The notes: generated by a model not told the origin, from the letters alone. A stretch of DNA of 64,000 nt from Pedosphaera sp. (GCA_031414955.1 JANOQV010000305.1:1-64000); one strand, 5' to 3'; positions 1 to 12,625 are shown, counted from the first letter of the stretch. Translations and numbers: made by a program.

Positions 1-2721
1 CGAGACTCTCAGGGCGCGGTCGTCCGCATGATGATCAAGGTCGCGCGCGCCGTGCATTATGCGCATCAACGCGGCGTGCTGCATCGCGACCTCAAGCCGT
101 CCAACATCCTCCTCGACGAGCAAGGCGAGCCGCAGGTCGCCGACTTCGGACTCGCGAAGATGCTCGCGAAGGAGAGCGCGGCGACGCTCACCGATTCCAT
201 CCTTGGTTCGCCTAACTACATGGCCCCCGAGCAAGCTGACGGGCGCGGCAAGAACGTCACTGTTGAGACGGATGTGTACGGACTGGGCGCGATTCTCTAC
301 GAGGCGCTCACCGGGGTGCCGCCGTTTCAGGCGCGCACGCCTGTGGAAACGATCCGTAAAGTTCTGGACGAAGAACCGGCGCAGCCACGGAAACTGAATG
401 ACGGCATCGACGCGGACCTGGAAACCATCTGCCTGAAGTGCCTGCAAAAAATTTCCGGCACCCGCTACCTGTCCGCCGAGGATCTCGCCGCCGACCTAGA
501 GCGCTGGCTTGGAGGCTTGCCTATTCTCGCGCGCCCGGTCGGGCCGCTCGGCACGGTCGTGCGCTGGAGCCGGCGGCATCCCGCGCTCGCGACCGTGAGC
601 GCGCTGCTCATGCTGACGCTCGTCGGCGTCGCGGTGGGCGCATCGGTCGCCGTCGTGCGCATCCGCCAGGCAGAGCAGTCCGCCGTGGTTCGCCTGCGTG
701 AATCGTTGCTCGACCAGGTGCGGGTGCTGCGCACCAGTCAGGCCGCCGGCGGGCGCACCGAGGGACGCCAACTCTTGCGTCAGGCTGCCGCGCTCGGAGG
801 CTCGGTGGAATTCCGCGACCGCGTGCGCGATGAATTGCTCGCCACGCTCAGTCTGCCGCAGGTGGAATTCACGCCGCTGGCGGAGGTGAAAGTGGAAGGG
901 CCGATGCAAGTGCTGCTCGACCCGGCGATGAAACGGCTCGCGCGGATCGTGAACGGGACGAACCTGACTCTTGTTGCCGTGGGCACGTCCGTTCCGCCCC
1001 GCGCGATCGGCACCACGGCGGAGGGCGGGCGGCTCGAAGCGTTCAGCCCGGATGGTCGTTATCTGGCGGTGCGCCACGCGCGCGGTGTGGAGTTCCACGA
1101 TGTCGAGGCGGGGCGATTGATTTTTTCCACGGAACAACGCACTTACGTTTTTTGTTTCGCCACTCCCGCGCCGCTCGTGGTGCTGGAAGAAGCGGATTGC
1201 GAGATCAGCATTCGTGAGCTGCCGACCGGCCAGGAGGTGCGCCGATTAAAACCCCGGCCCGATCCGCCGGGAGCGCGTGGACGCGGCTTCGTCGCCCTCA
1301 GCCTTTCGCCGGACGGCGCGATGTTGGCCTGCGCCCGCGCGGCGGACAACGCCATCGAGTTGATCCAGATGGACACCGGCAACGTGCGGTGGCGGGTCGT
1401 TCAGGACGCGATGACGCTGGCGCTGGCCTGGCAATCTTCACGCGGAGGACGGCTCAGTGCGGCGACAAGCGATGGACGGCTGCTGAGTTTGCGACTGGCT
1501 GACGGCATGGTAGCGGCCGGTCTCGACGCACCCACCGCCGCGCACAGTCTCGCGATGGACGATGCTTCGGGCCTGCTGGCCGCCGCCTATCGGGATCGGC
1601 GCGTGCGCATCTGGGATCTGGCTTCGCTGCGTCTGTTGTTCGAGACGGAATGTGAAGGCCGCAACCTGTCCTTCGCTGGCAATGCCACGCGCTTGGGAAC
1701 CGTCATCCGTGGCGACCGCGTCGGCTGGATTACTTTCGAGCCATCGCCCGAGTTCAAGGAAACCGTCGTGGCCCTGACTTCGAAGAACATCGAGGAATGT
1801 GTCTTCACCGGGAAAGGCGACATGATTGCCATCGGCTATTCTGGACGGATCGCTCTCGTCAACGCCTCCGGTCGCGGTGCGCGCGGCGGTGTGAACATCG
1901 GGGAGATTCCCGTGATGGCGATGGATCCGCGCGGCGAATTCATGCTCACCTCCGACGGCACGGGCGTCACGCTGCGACCATTGCCGGAGTCGCCCGGCGC
2001 GATGCTCTCCACGAGTAACGCCCGCCAGGTCATTCCCGGTTCGCGCTGGCGTTCGCTGGCCTTCAGTAAGGACGGCGACCGCGTCTGGGTCTCCAGCGCG
2101 TATAGCAACATGGTCTATGGCTACACGCGCGACTTCGCCTCGGTGGAGACCGCGCTAGGCCCGCACGAATTCGCCGACGCGGTGGCGGCCAGCCCCGACG
2201 GTCGCTGGGTGGCCAGCGGCAGCAGCCTTCTGCTCAACGCCAAAGTCTGGAACGTGGAGACACGCGCGGAAATGCTCACCGTCCACGCCGGACGCAAGCA
2301 TCGCCTTTCCTTCAGCGGCGACGGACGCTGGCTGGCCGTGCATGGCGACGTGTTCGACTTGCGGCGCGTTGGCACCTGGGAACCCGCGCCGCCGTTGCCT
2401 TATCCAGGCGCGCGACCCACGCTTGGTGCCGCCGCCTTCTCGCCGGACGGAAGAGTCCTCGCCGTGGTGGAGGAACAGGAATCCGTCCGCCTCTTCGACC
2501 TGGTCGAATGGAAATCGCTCGGACTGCTGCGCGCCCCCGTGGCCGGATCGATTAATGCGCTGGCCTTCTCCCCCGACGGCACGCAACTCGCCGCCGCCTG
2601 TGTGCGCGGCCGGATTCGTCTTTGGAACCTCACCGCCATCCGCAAAGAACTCGCCGCAGTAAATCTCGACTGGGAGATTCCCAAACCAGCCGAAGCTCGA
2701 GCCAGGCCGACTACACCTTGA
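1..2721 (+). CDS. Ser/Thr protein kinase with TM segment and C-terminal WD40 beta-propeller repeats (5' end outside window)
   Basis: Frame open from base 1. Kinase motifs HRDLKPSN, DFG, GSPNYMAPE, DVYGLG. Hydrophobic segment ALATVSALLMLTLVGVAVGASVAVV. Repeated FSPDG..LA and RVRIWD/IRLWN WD40 signatures. Gly-loop and VAIK lie upstream of the window. Confidence 0.93.
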   Translation, partial: RDSQGAVVRMMIKVARAVHYAHQRGVLHRDLKPSNILLDEQGEPQVADFGLAKMLAKESAATLTDSILGSPNYMAPEQADGRGKNVTVETDVYGLGAILYEALTGVPPFQARTPVETIRKVLDEEPAQPRKLNDGIDADLETICLKCLQKISGTRYLSAEDLAADLERWLGGLPILARPVGPLGTVVRWSRRHPALATVSALLMLTLVGVAVGASVAVVRIRQAEQSAVVRLRESLLDQVRVLRTSQAAGGRTEGRQLLRQAAALGGSVEFRDRVRDELLATLSLPQVEFTPLAEVKVEGPMQVLLDPAMKRLARIVNGTNLTLVAVGTSVPPRAIGTTAEGGRLEAFSPDGRYLAVRHARGVEFHDVEAGRLIFSTEQRTYVFCFATPAPLVVLEEADCEISIRELPTGQEVRRLKPRPDPPGARGRGFVALSLSPDGAMLACARAADNAIELIQMDTGNVRWRVVQDAMTLALAWQSSRGGRLSAATSDGRLLSLRLADGMVAAGLDAPTAAHSLAMDDASGLLAAAYRDRRVRIWDLASLRLLFETECEGRNLSFAGNATRLGTVIRGDRVGWITFEPSPEFKETVVALTSKNIEECVFTGKGDMIAIGYSGRIALVNASGRGARGGVNIGEIPVMAMDPRGEFMLTSDGTGVTLRPLPESPGAMLSTSNARQVIPGSRWRSLAFSKDGDRVWVSSAYSNMVYGYTRDFASVETALGPHEFADAVAASPDGRWVASGSSLLLNAKVWNVETRAEMLTVHAGRKHRLSFSGDGRWLAVHGDVFDLRRVGTWEPAPPLPYPGARPTLGAAAFSPDGRVLAVVEEQESVRLFDLVEWKSLGLLRAPVAGSINALAFSPDGTQLAAACVRGRIRLWNLTAIRKELAAVNLDWEIPKPAEARARPTTP

Positions 2722-2842
2722 CCAATCGGCTCCAAGTTGCTGGGCCAGTCGGGTCAGTTTGATGGCCCCGGGCGGACGTGTTCCCGACCGTGTCTCTCGA
2801 TAACTGTTTTTCAAACCGGCTCGTCCCGCTAGGCTTCGTTCC

Positions 2843-3709
2843 ATGACCATCATCACCGACGAACGTTGCACCGGCTACTCGTCGCCAGGCCATCCCGAAC
2901 GCCCGGCGCGCATCAGTGGCACGGTCGAGAAATTGCGCGCGCAAACCGAACTGTCTCTCAAGTGGGCCGCGCCGCTTGAGGTCGCCGAGGAGTCATTGCT
3001 CCGCGCTCACAGCCAGCAGCAGGTGGCGCTGGTCAAGAATCCTGGCGAAGCATTCGACGGCGACACGCCCGCGCATCCGCACATTTATGCTCACGCTTGC
3101 CGATCCGTGGGCGGGGCGCTGCACGCCTTGAAGTTGGCGCGCGCGGGCGAGGCTGCCTTCAGCCTGATGCGGCCGCCCGGACATCACGCCACGGCGAACC
3201 ACGCCATGGGCTTCTGCTATCTAAATTCCATCGCCATTGCCGTGCTGGAAGCGCTGGCCACCGGCACGAAACGCGTGGCCGTGCTCGATTTCGATGTGCA
3301 TCACGGCAATGGCACCGAGGCCATCCTGCTTGACCATCCCAACGCAATCTTTTGCTCCGTACACCAGCATCCCTGCTACCCCGGCACCGGCTCGCAGGAT
3401 GTCGGGAGCAACTGCTTCAACTTCCCGGTCGCGCCGCTCACCCCTCGCGAGGCTTATCGCAAGACGCTCACCAAAGCTTTGGCGAAGGTCTTGAAATTCA
3501 AGCCGGAACTCATCGGGGTATCGGCCGGATTTGATTGTTACGCACGCGATCCGCTGGCCAATGAAACGCTCGAAGCGGAAGATTTTCATTGGCTGGGTCA
3601 ATCGCTGCACAAATGCGGGGTGCCGTTCTTCAGCGTTCTGGAGGGCGGCTATAGCAGCGCGCTGCCGGAGTTGATTCTGGCCTACCTGAAGGGCGTGGCC
3701 GGGAAGTGA
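2843..3709 (+). CDS. Histone deacetylase family protein (Zn-dependent amidohydrolase)
   Basis: Motifs GHPERPAR, RPPGHH, DFDVHHGNGT, SAGFD, LEGGY. Confidence 0.93.
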   Translation: MTIITDERCTGYSSPGHPERPARISGTVEKLRAQTELSLKWAAPLEVAEESLLRAHSQQQVALVKNPGEAFDGDTPAHPHIYAHACRSVGGALHALKLARAGEAAFSLMRPPGHHATANHAMGFCYLNSIAIAVLEALATGTKRVAVLDFDVHHGNGTEAILLDHPNAIFCSVHQHPCYPGTGSQDVGSNCFNFPVAPLTPREAYRKTLTKALAKVLKFKPELIGVSAGFDCYARDPLANETLEAEDFHWLGQSLHKCGVPFFSVLEGGYSSALPELILAYLKGVAGK

Positions 3710-3760
3710 CGACACCGATCCCACTGAAAACGGCGAAGCGGTTGCCGTGTCTTCCGTGGT

Positions 3761-5173
3761 TCAACGGCCAGTTGAGGATGATCCCACGCTCGAATTGGTC
3801 CCCACCGTGATGGCCGGACCAATCGCGCGCTCCAACCGTGCCCGGGCCACGGCGTAATCATGTTTGGCCTGCACCTGCGTGGTGCGCGCCTCGGTCAGCG
3901 CCGTTTGCGCGCTGAGGACATCGAGTTGCGTGCCGGCACCAGCGGCGGCGCGGGCGTTGGCGAGTCGTAATGATTCCTCGGCGGACTCTTGCACCTTCTC
4001 CTGTGAGATCAGAACTTCGCGCGCCTCAATAAAAGTTGAGTAGCCCGTGCGCACGTCCAGTTCCACACGCCGCATCGCATCCTCGAGGTCCGCCTCGGTC
4101 CGGCGGCGCAAGGCCTCCGCCTCCTGCACGCGACCTCGGGTGAGAAATCCGTCGAACACATTCCAACTCAGTTGCGCGCCCGCCTCCCAGCCGTGCAACT
4201 CCTCGGTGAGATCCTGGCTGAACTGCGAGCTTTTCGCCCCGTAACCGGCATAGAACTGCACGCTCGGGTGGTAACCGGACTTGGCGGTTTTGATCTGATC
4301 GGCGCGCAACCGCTCGGCCAGCCGCAACGCCGCCAGTTCCGTGCGCCCCGTGAGCGCCTGGGCAATGGCTGCGGACAACTGCACCTCGTAGGGCGCGGTT
4401 TCGAGCTTGTCGGTCAGGGTCAACGGCAGTTCATCCGTGCCTTGGGGAATGTTCTCGCCGATCAGGTTGGCCAGATTGTCCTTCGACACGCGGACCGAGT
4501 TGCGCGCGCGAATGACCCGCGGCCGGGCGTTGGCCACCTCCACTTCGGCGCGCAACACGTTGAAACGCGGCACGGTCCCGGCTTGGAAACGCTTGGTCGT
4601 CTCGGCCAGTTCCTGCTGCAAGAGCTGGAGCGACGCCTCCTGCACGATCCGTTGTTGCTGGGCCAGCAGCGCCCCGTAGTAAGCCACGCGCACATCGCGC
4701 AACGCGTCAGCGATCACGGTCTGGTGATTCGCCACGGCCTGTTCGCGGGTCAACCGCGCCGAGTGCAGGGCCGAGTTGATGCGCCCGCCTTCGTAGATGG
4801 ATTGCACGATGCGGACGTCCGCCGACCAGCGTTGATCAGCGAAATCGAAAGAGTTGGCGAAGGCGGCGCTCGGGCCGGTGGCCTTGAAGCGGTCGATGGA
4901 ACTCTCCTCGTTCGCCGAGTAACTGCTGCTGATGGTGACACGCGGCAGGGCCACCGCGCGGGTCTGCGCCACCACGCCGTGGGTGGCCTCGAGGTCGGCC
5001 GCGCTCTTGCGAATGAAGCTGTTCTGTTGCAGCGCGAGGTCGAGCGCCTCGGCGAGGGCCAAAGTCCGGAGTAAACGCGAACTGGCCGGGGCAATCGGGG
5101 CATTCGTTTCCGCGCCCAGAACCTGCTGAGCGGCCAGGCAGAAAAGCAGGGAGGCGAGCACCAGATACTTCAT
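3761..5173 (-). CDS. TolC-family outer membrane efflux protein
   Basis: Start moved to MKYLVLASLL (signal peptide). OEP-type helical repeats (LTLAEALDLAL.., RFQAGTVPRFNVLRAEV, AGTQLDVLSAQTAL..ARARLERAIG). Confidence 0.88.
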   Translation of the reverse strand: MKYLVLASLLFCLAAQQVLGAETNAPIAPASSRLLRTLALAEALDLALQQNSFIRKSAADLEATHGVVAQTRAVALPRVTISSSYSANEESSIDRFKATGPSAAFANSFDFADQRWSADVRIVQSIYEGGRINSALHSARLTREQAVANHQTVIADALRDVRVAYYGALLAQQQRIVQEASLQLLQQELAETTKRFQAGTVPRFNVLRAEVEVANARPRVIRARNSVRVSKDNLANLIGENIPQGTDELPLTLTDKLETAPYEVQLSAAIAQALTGRTELAALRLAERLRADQIKTAKSGYHPSVQFYAGYGAKSSQFSQDLTEELHGWEAGAQLSWNVFDGFLTRGRVQEAEALRRRTEADLEDAMRRVELDVRTGYSTFIEAREVLISQEKVQESAEESLRLANARAAAGAGTQLDVLSAQTALTEARTTQVQAKHDYAVARARLERAIGPAITVGTNSSVGSSSTGR

Positions 5174-5450
5174 GGCGCGTGTTTTAATCGGCGAGGCCGA
5201 TGATGTCCATGACCGACCTGGCCGCAGAGCGCGGTGACGGAGGCAGCTTGCCGTCCCGGCTCTCGGCAAGGGCGGTGAAAATTTTTCGTTCCGGCCGCGC
5301 GCGCTGAGCGAGCCGCCTTCCCCACCTGCTTCATGCGGACGGAGTTGTCGCGCGGCGACGACTCCACCCGCGCACCAGCGGGCGGTCCGGGTGGAACGCG
5401 CGACAGGGCGAGTCTCTCGCCAATTCGTTGCACCGCTGGTACGCGGCGCT

Positions 5451-5516
5451 ACTGGTCGCAGCGCGACCAGTGCTACCTCCCCCAGTCGTGGTAGTAGTTG
5501 TCGCGCTGCGACCGGT
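5451..5516. repeat. Inverted REP-like doublet (GTAG-type)
   Basis: 5451-5477 and 5490-5516 are inverted copies (23/27 match). Read from the centre outward, each begins GGTAG followed by a short internal palindrome (e.g. ACTGGTCGC-GCT-GCGACCAGT). Confidence 0.65.
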
Positions 5517-5641
5517 TCTAGCCGACTGCTCCGCCCTCGCCCCACGCCCACTTGCTCCGCCGGGTTTTTTCCCGGGCGCGGCCTTGCCATCGCTTCCTCC
5601 CAGCAAGATTACGCGCGGGTTGCCCCGTGTCGTTTCACCAC

Positions 5642-5671
5642 TTGACGCGTATTATCGTCCCCTAACATATT
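5642..5671 (+). promoter_or_regulatory. Possible sigma70 promoter of rpoD
   Basis: TTGACG at 5642 followed by an AT-rich TAACATATT at 5663-5671, about 45 bp upstream of the rpoD ATG. The -10 register is ambiguous. Confidence 0.35.
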
Positions 5672-5715
5672 TCGTCGCTCGTTGGCGGGTTGCCCATGTC
5701 GCGGCCCAAAAACCT

Positions 5716-7572
<1,857 letters not shown>

Positions 7573-7664
7573 GACGGCCACGGGAGTCGGACGATGGGAG
7601 CGCCGAACCACTGGCTCCGGTCGGCGGCAAAAAACCTGGGCATTTCAGGGTCTGATCGCAGTAA

Positions 7665-7693
7665 CCGCGCCCCTGGACTGGCCAGGGGCGCGG
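7665..7693. terminator. GC-rich hairpin between convergent rpoD and CHRD genes (possible terminator)
   Basis: Perfect 12-bp stem CCGCGCCCCTGG / CCAGGGGCGCGG with a 5-nt loop. No clear U-tract. Confidence 0.45.
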
Positions 7694-7747
7694 CGCATGA
7701 GAGCCATTCAATCTTTTCGTGCGCGGCGGTTCACGCCCTGGCGCAGC

Positions 7748-8968
7748 TTAGTCCCCACGGCTATGGGGGACGTGGACTTGGACCGCAGCCGGAGCGGACA
7801 GGTTTCCGGCGGCGTCTTTCGCCCGGATGGTAATCGTGTAAAGCCGGCCAGCCTTGTTGCCACCGGCGCGTTCCGCCCGAAGCTGGACGGTGTGCGGTGC
7901 GGTAATTCTCCAGTCGGGAGCGGTGTTGCCGGTGCCGCGGGCGTTGACGGTTTCACTGCTTGTCACGGAGGTGACTTCCCATGTGGTCGCACCGCAGGCA
8001 TCGGTGACGATGGCTTGGACAGGCACCGTGACCATCCTGTGATTGGGGGGCCAGAGCAAGGTGGTATTGGCCGAGGCGGAAACGATGACCGGCGGGATGG
8101 TGTCCACCACCGTCACCGTGCTCGTGCAGGTCGTGGAGTTGGTGGAACTGTCAGTGGCGGTCAGTTCCAGAGTGTTTGTCCCCAGCGGTAACGCCGCCGT
8201 GAACGTCACCACGGCCGCAGTCGGAGGTCCGCCCGCCGCGATCTGATTGGTCTGCACCGCCGTGCCGTTCAATTTCCAAACCACCTGCACCGGTTCGCCA
8301 TCCGCATCCGAGACCGTGGCGGTGTAGGTGCCGGGCACGCTGCACTCCACCGTGGTCGCATCCGGACAAGTGAGTTCTGGAGCCACATTGGCGAGCGCGA
8401 TCAACTGGCCGCGGATTTCGCCGCCGGGATGGTTCGTGGTGTGAATGTTCACGTAGTTCAAGCCGGCCAACAGGTTCGCGATCTGGTTGCTCGGATAAAC
8501 CACCGAGCCAACGATGATCCCGCCTTGCGCGGGGTTGGCGGCCAGGAAATGCAAGGAGCCAAGATCGAACAGCACGGCCGCGTTTGTCCCGGCGCCGGCC
8601 GGGCCATGAAGATGCATGGCCGTGGCTGGAGCGCTCAGATCGGTGAAGCCGGCGGCCGATCCAAACCCGAGGGCGAGCGTCAGGATGGAACTGTCCGTGT
8701 CGAAACTGATCCCGCCGGAAATCTCGTTGCCCGAACCGGTGCTGTTGGTGACGCCGGCGACTTCGTTGCTGGCACTCAATCCCACCGCGGCATCCGTGCC
8801 GGCGGGAGACAGATCAAACCGGACCACGGCGGCTTGCGTGAGCGCCACGGTGGAGAACAGGGCCAGCGCTACGCTGGACCCAAGCCATCGGCTTCGGGCG
8901 GGGCGGGAGTTGGTGGTGTTGTTTGGGCAGGCTGGCACCGTGGGCGAATGGACTGATTTTGTATTCAT
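7748..8968 (-). CDS. Secreted CHRD-domain protein with Ig-like repeats and C-terminal LWPPNH-type domain
   Basis: Signal-like ALALFSTVALTQAA. CHRD motifs TAMHLHGPA and LLAGLNYVNIHTTNHPGGEIRGQL. C-terminal LLWPPNHRMV..RAER..YTITIRAKDAAGN. Confidence 0.85.
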   Translation of the reverse strand: MNTKSVHSPTVPACPNNTTNSRPARSRWLGSSVALALFSTVALTQAAVVRFDLSPAGTDAAVGLSASNEVAGVTNSTGSGNEISGGISFDTDSSILTLALGFGSAAGFTDLSAPATAMHLHGPAGAGTNAAVLFDLGSLHFLAANPAQGGIIVGSVVYPSNQIANLLAGLNYVNIHTTNHPGGEIRGQLIALANVAPELTCPDATTVECSVPGTYTATVSDADGEPVQVVWKLNGTAVQTNQIAAGGPPTAAVVTFTAALPLGTNTLELTATDSSTNSTTCTSTVTVVDTIPPVIVSASANTTLLWPPNHRMVTVPVQAIVTDACGATTWEVTSVTSSETVNARGTGNTAPDWRITAPHTVQLRAERAGGNKAGRLYTITIRAKDAAGNLSAPAAVQVHVPHSRGD

Positions 8969-9335
8969 AGCGTGTTTCTAATGTTTTCTGATTTTTGGCG
9001 TTGCTCCGGCGGAGGTCGGTTTCACCTGGGTGGAAAAACTGTTCCACCAGAGCAGCGTCTGATGCGCGGACATTAGAAGCAGGGACGCCGCGAGGCAAAT
9101 GCTAAACCAGCGGCGCGGGGCAGGGCGGCGGCAACTTGAAAACTATAAACGTGGGAACGGGAAGGTCCGCCGCCTCCACGTTGATGCCCAATTGTGGCCA
9201 GGGCTGGTGGTCTGTCTGTTGCGTGGAGCGAAGGCACCGTTGGGTGGTTGATGAATTGGCTGGGACCAACCGGCGGAACCTCGAGGAGTGCGACCGGGAC
9301 GGTCATGCTCCTCAGTTGAACGGGATGGTTCCGGC

Positions 9336-12300
9336 TTAGAGCTTGTTCACGGCGCGGAGGACGCGGTTGGTGAAGGCCAGACTGTTGGTGTTGGTGTAGG
9401 TGAACGAACCGCTGACCGTGGTGTTGGTGAAGAGCGGCGTCCAGACAGGCGAGGCCAGGTTGGTGGTGCCCTCAATGGTTGCGGCGAGATTTGGGGTCCC
9501 CCTCACTTTGACGATCATCCGTCCATTGTTGGAAGCGGCGGAGAAGGAGTGATTCGTGAGCAGAAGGTGATAGGCGAAGCGGTAGTGCAAATGCACGCTG
9601 CCCGACGCGGCCACGCCGGTGACGGGATGGTTCACGCCATCGACCGCGATCCAGTAAATGGTGTTGGAGGTGACGTTGAAGACCACCTTGCTGGTCAGTC
9701 CGTTGGAGCCGCTGGTGTTGTCCGAGGCCACGTTGGTGAGGGTGCTGAAGCTGTCGCCTGGCCCGATGTAGACGGCGAGCACGGTGTCGAAATTACTTCC
9801 GTCCGTGTCGAGGCGCAGCACGCCGTGGTTGGTCGGTTGATAGGCGTACCACTCCGACTTGCCGCCGCGCACGCCGGCGTGGTTCGGCTCGCCTGATTCC
9901 TTGGTCGAACCCACGGTGCTGAAGATCTGGGTGCCGCTGAAGCCGTGCGCCACGGCCTTGGGCAAACCGACCGCGCCCGTCGCTGCGAGCGCATTGTTGT
10001 TCGTCGCCGCAGTCACCAAATCTTCAAACTTGTCCGTGGCGAGAAGCTCGGGGTCGCCCTCGTCCGCAGCCCCAATGGTTGATTTGAGCGGCGGCGGAGT
10101 GCTGGGCCGGAATTGCAGTTGCGCCTCCCGGCTTACCACGGAACGGAAAGGCGTGGACACTCGCACGCTGTACAGGCCGGCGTCAGTGTCGCGGGCGGCC
10201 GGAAGGCTGAAGGTGTTACTCTCGGCCGCGCCGGAAATGGGCAGGCCGTCCAGCAACCACTCGTAGCTCAGGCTTGGGCCCGAGGCCAGCACGCCGAAGT
10301 TTACCGGCGTGTTCAGGTCCACGAGACGGCTTTGCGGATGGGCAAGAATCACCGGGAGCAGGTTGGTGGTGGGCAGGAAATTCCAGCCCAGGACGAAATC
10401 TCCAAACGCGCCCGAGAAGCCGTCCACGACGAGGTAATAAATCTGGCCGGCCGCGACGTTGAAACTGATTCGGCTGGTCAGCGACGGGCCGCTGTCGTCA
10501 TCCGCCGCCGCTTCCGCGCCAAACCCGCTCCCGTGGTAGGCCGCGAGCAGGGTGTCAAAGGCGCTGCCCATGGTGTGGAAGGTCGCGATGCCATCGGCGG
10601 GCGCGACCCAGGCCAGCCACACGGAGTGTCCGCCGCGCTTGCCGAAGTGGTTCGTCTCCCCCGCCTCGCGGGTGGCGAGGCTGTTGTTGCCCGTGAACAA
10701 TCCCTGCGCCGGGGTCACCACCGGTTGGCTGGCAAAATTGTCGCCGAACGGAAAATCAATGGTGTCGAACTTGAGCGCGGCGGGCGCGCTCACCACCGCG
10801 CCGTTCACGTCCTCGGCCTTGCCCGACTGCTGGCCGGAGGAGGGAGTGACGCGGCCAGACTGAACGGCCACGGTGTAAAGGCCGGCATTGGTGATCTGGG
10901 CATTGGGCAGACTGAAGAAGGAATTGGTCGCGCTGGGAATGCTCACGCCATTGCGCCGCCATTGGTAGCGGAACGGAGGCGTGCCGCTCACGCCCACGGA
11001 GAAGACGATGTTCGATCCGATGAGCGCATTGGTCCGGGGTTGGGGTTGCGCCGTGATGATGGGCAAATCCACGTAGCTGACCCAGACCGCCTCTCCCACT
11101 TTGGCTTCAGGAATCACATCGCGCCAACGCCCTTCGACATAGGTGCGGGTCCGGTAAGCGTCGGCCGGCGCGTCGAATTGATCGATGATGGTTCCTTCGA
11201 CCGGTTCGAGGCCCAAAATGTCCCGGTAGCCGCCGGGCAGTGGATTCTGGCGGCTGACGAGATTGTAGCCGGGCAGCAGGGGCAGGGGAAACCTGGGCGG
11301 CGCGAACTCACCCGCGAAATTCAAGATGACGGGCGCCCCCGGAGGGAGATTGATGAAGGCCCCTTCACCCGGAGCCAGCGTCATGGCCGGATCGAGCCAG
11401 CCAAATCCGCCCACAAAAAAATTCGCATCCGCGAACGATTGGAGCGCGGGCAGCCATTTGAGCAGGAAGGTTCCGTCCGGCACCACCGGCAGGACCGTGG
11501 CCACGGCGCTGTTGCTCTGGTAAAGCTGGTTGGCGATGAGCGAATAACCCGGCGGCAGGGTGAGCTGATAACTGCTGTAAACCGCCAGTGTGGCCGGCGC
11601 GCTCTGGACTGAGCCGGCCGCGTTGCTGACGCGCACGAGGTAATGCCCGACTTTGTTCACCTGCACATCGTTCACTACCAGGGTCGGATTGGTCGCGCCG
11701 ACGATGATGTTGGAATCCTTATACCAACGGTAGCTCAACGGGGCCGAGCCGGAAGCGACCACGGTAAACATGGCGTTTGTTCCCGGAGCCACGACCAGGT
11801 CGGTCGGCGGCACGAGGATGACGGGCGGGGCCGTGCATTGGAAGCTGGCCGCTGAATCGGGGGTGATCAGATTGCCCCCGCACAGGTCGGCGATGTTGTT
11901 GAGGGTCAGCGTGTAGTTCGTGCCGACCGCAAGCGGGCTGACGTGGAGCGTCACCCTTTTTCCGTCCGCAGCCAGACTAAGACCCAGGATGGTCAGTCCG
12001 GGGATGGCGTAGTTGGAGGTCTCCAACGCCGAAGCTGGACTCACCAGTTCGCTAAAATTTACGACCACGGTGTTGCTGGCGCAGTTCGCGGTCACCGGGC
12101 CGAGAGTTGGGGCCACTGTGTCCGTGAGGACGGTCAGGATCGCCGCCGCGCTGGTCGAGACGCAGGAACCGGCCGTGACGATCACCTGGTACGAGCTGTT
12201 GTTGTCCGTGGGACTGAGGAGCGGCGTGGTGTAAGACGGTCCGGCGTTGGAGGCCACCACGGATCCATTTCGCAACCAGAGGTAGCTCGGGGCGGGATTC

Positions 12301-12449
12301 GCGTTGGCGAGCACGGTGAAGGTGACCTTGCGGCATTCCTGCGTGGTGGCGTTTTGCGGCGGCACAAGGATATCGCAGTTGTCGGCGCGCGCGAACAGGC
12401 TGCCCGCAATAAATAGAGCCACGATCAGGAATGGGCGGTTTGGTCGCAT
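9336..12449 (-). CDS. Large secreted immunoglobulin-domain protein (Ig I-set repeats, Big-like domain, two PPC-like domains)
   Basis: Signal peptide MRPNRPFLIVALFIAGSLFARA. Repeated Ig motifs (SGSAPLSYRWYK, GTPPFRYQWRRNG, AGLYTVAV). Two GSxFDTxLAxY domains. Confidence 0.85.
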   Translation of the reverse strand: MRPNRPFLIVALFIAGSLFARADNCDILVPPQNATTQECRKVTFTVLANANPAPSYLWLRNGSVVASNAGPSYTTPLLSPTDNNSSYQVIVTAGSCVSTSAAAILTVLTDTVAPTLGPVTANCASNTVVVNFSELVSPASALETSNYAIPGLTILGLSLAADGKRVTLHVSPLAVGTNYTLTLNNIADLCGGNLITPDSAASFQCTAPPVILVPPTDLVVAPGTNAMFTVVASGSAPLSYRWYKDSNIIVGATNPTLVVNDVQVNKVGHYLVRVSNAAGSVQSAPATLAVYSSYQLTLPPGYSLIANQLYQSNSAVATVLPVVPDGTFLLKWLPALQSFADANFFVGGFGWLDPAMTLAPGEGAFINLPPGAPVILNFAGEFAPPRFPLPLLPGYNLVSRQNPLPGGYRDILGLEPVEGTIIDQFDAPADAYRTRTYVEGRWRDVIPEAKVGEAVWVSYVDLPIITAQPQPRTNALIGSNIVFSVGVSGTPPFRYQWRRNGVSIPSATNSFFSLPNAQITNAGLYTVAVQSGRVTPSSGQQSGKAEDVNGAVVSAPAALKFDTIDFPFGDNFASQPVVTPAQGLFTGNNSLATREAGETNHFGKRGGHSVWLAWVAPADGIATFHTMGSAFDTLLAAYHGSGFGAEAAADDDSGPSLTSRISFNVAAGQIYYLVVDGFSGAFGDFVLGWNFLPTTNLLPVILAHPQSRLVDLNTPVNFGVLASGPSLSYEWLLDGLPISGAAESNTFSLPAARDTDAGLYSVRVSTPFRSVVSREAQLQFRPSTPPPLKSTIGAADEGDPELLATDKFEDLVTAATNNNALAATGAVGLPKAVAHGFSGTQIFSTVGSTKESGEPNHAGVRGGKSEWYAYQPTNHGVLRLDTDGSNFDTVLAVYIGPGDSFSTLTNVASDNTSGSNGLTSKVVFNVTSNTIYWIAVDGVNHPVTGVAASGSVHLHYRFAYHLLLTNHSFSAASNNGRMIVKVRGTPNLAATIEGTTNLASPVWTPLFTNTTVSGSFTYTNTNSLAFTNRVLRAVNKL

Positions 12450-12625
12450 AGGTTCCAGCCCATAGTGCATTTTTTTCGCGCACTTTCAAGAACGAAGGCC
12501 GATCTCAACCGGGAGGGGGTCAGCCCAGGGCAGACGCATCTAATTTCGCGGTGTTTCGCACGAAAACCCAAATCCCAAACAGGGCTATACACTTGATTCC
12601 TCTCACGGCGGAACTCGGAACTGTG

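Noticed and set aside
3721..3760. Imperfect hairpin / degenerate CCGTGTCTTCCGTGGTT repeat between convergent HDAC and TolC genes
   Set aside because: Pairing is too imperfect to call as a terminator or repeat element.
3761..5590. ORF-track N-terminal extensions (TolC 5590, rpoD 5428, sdhA 38378, PVC 54194, YncE 63510, infA 48069)
   Set aside because: The extensions overlap neighbouring genes or precede obvious signal peptides or conserved N-termini, so starts were moved downstream.
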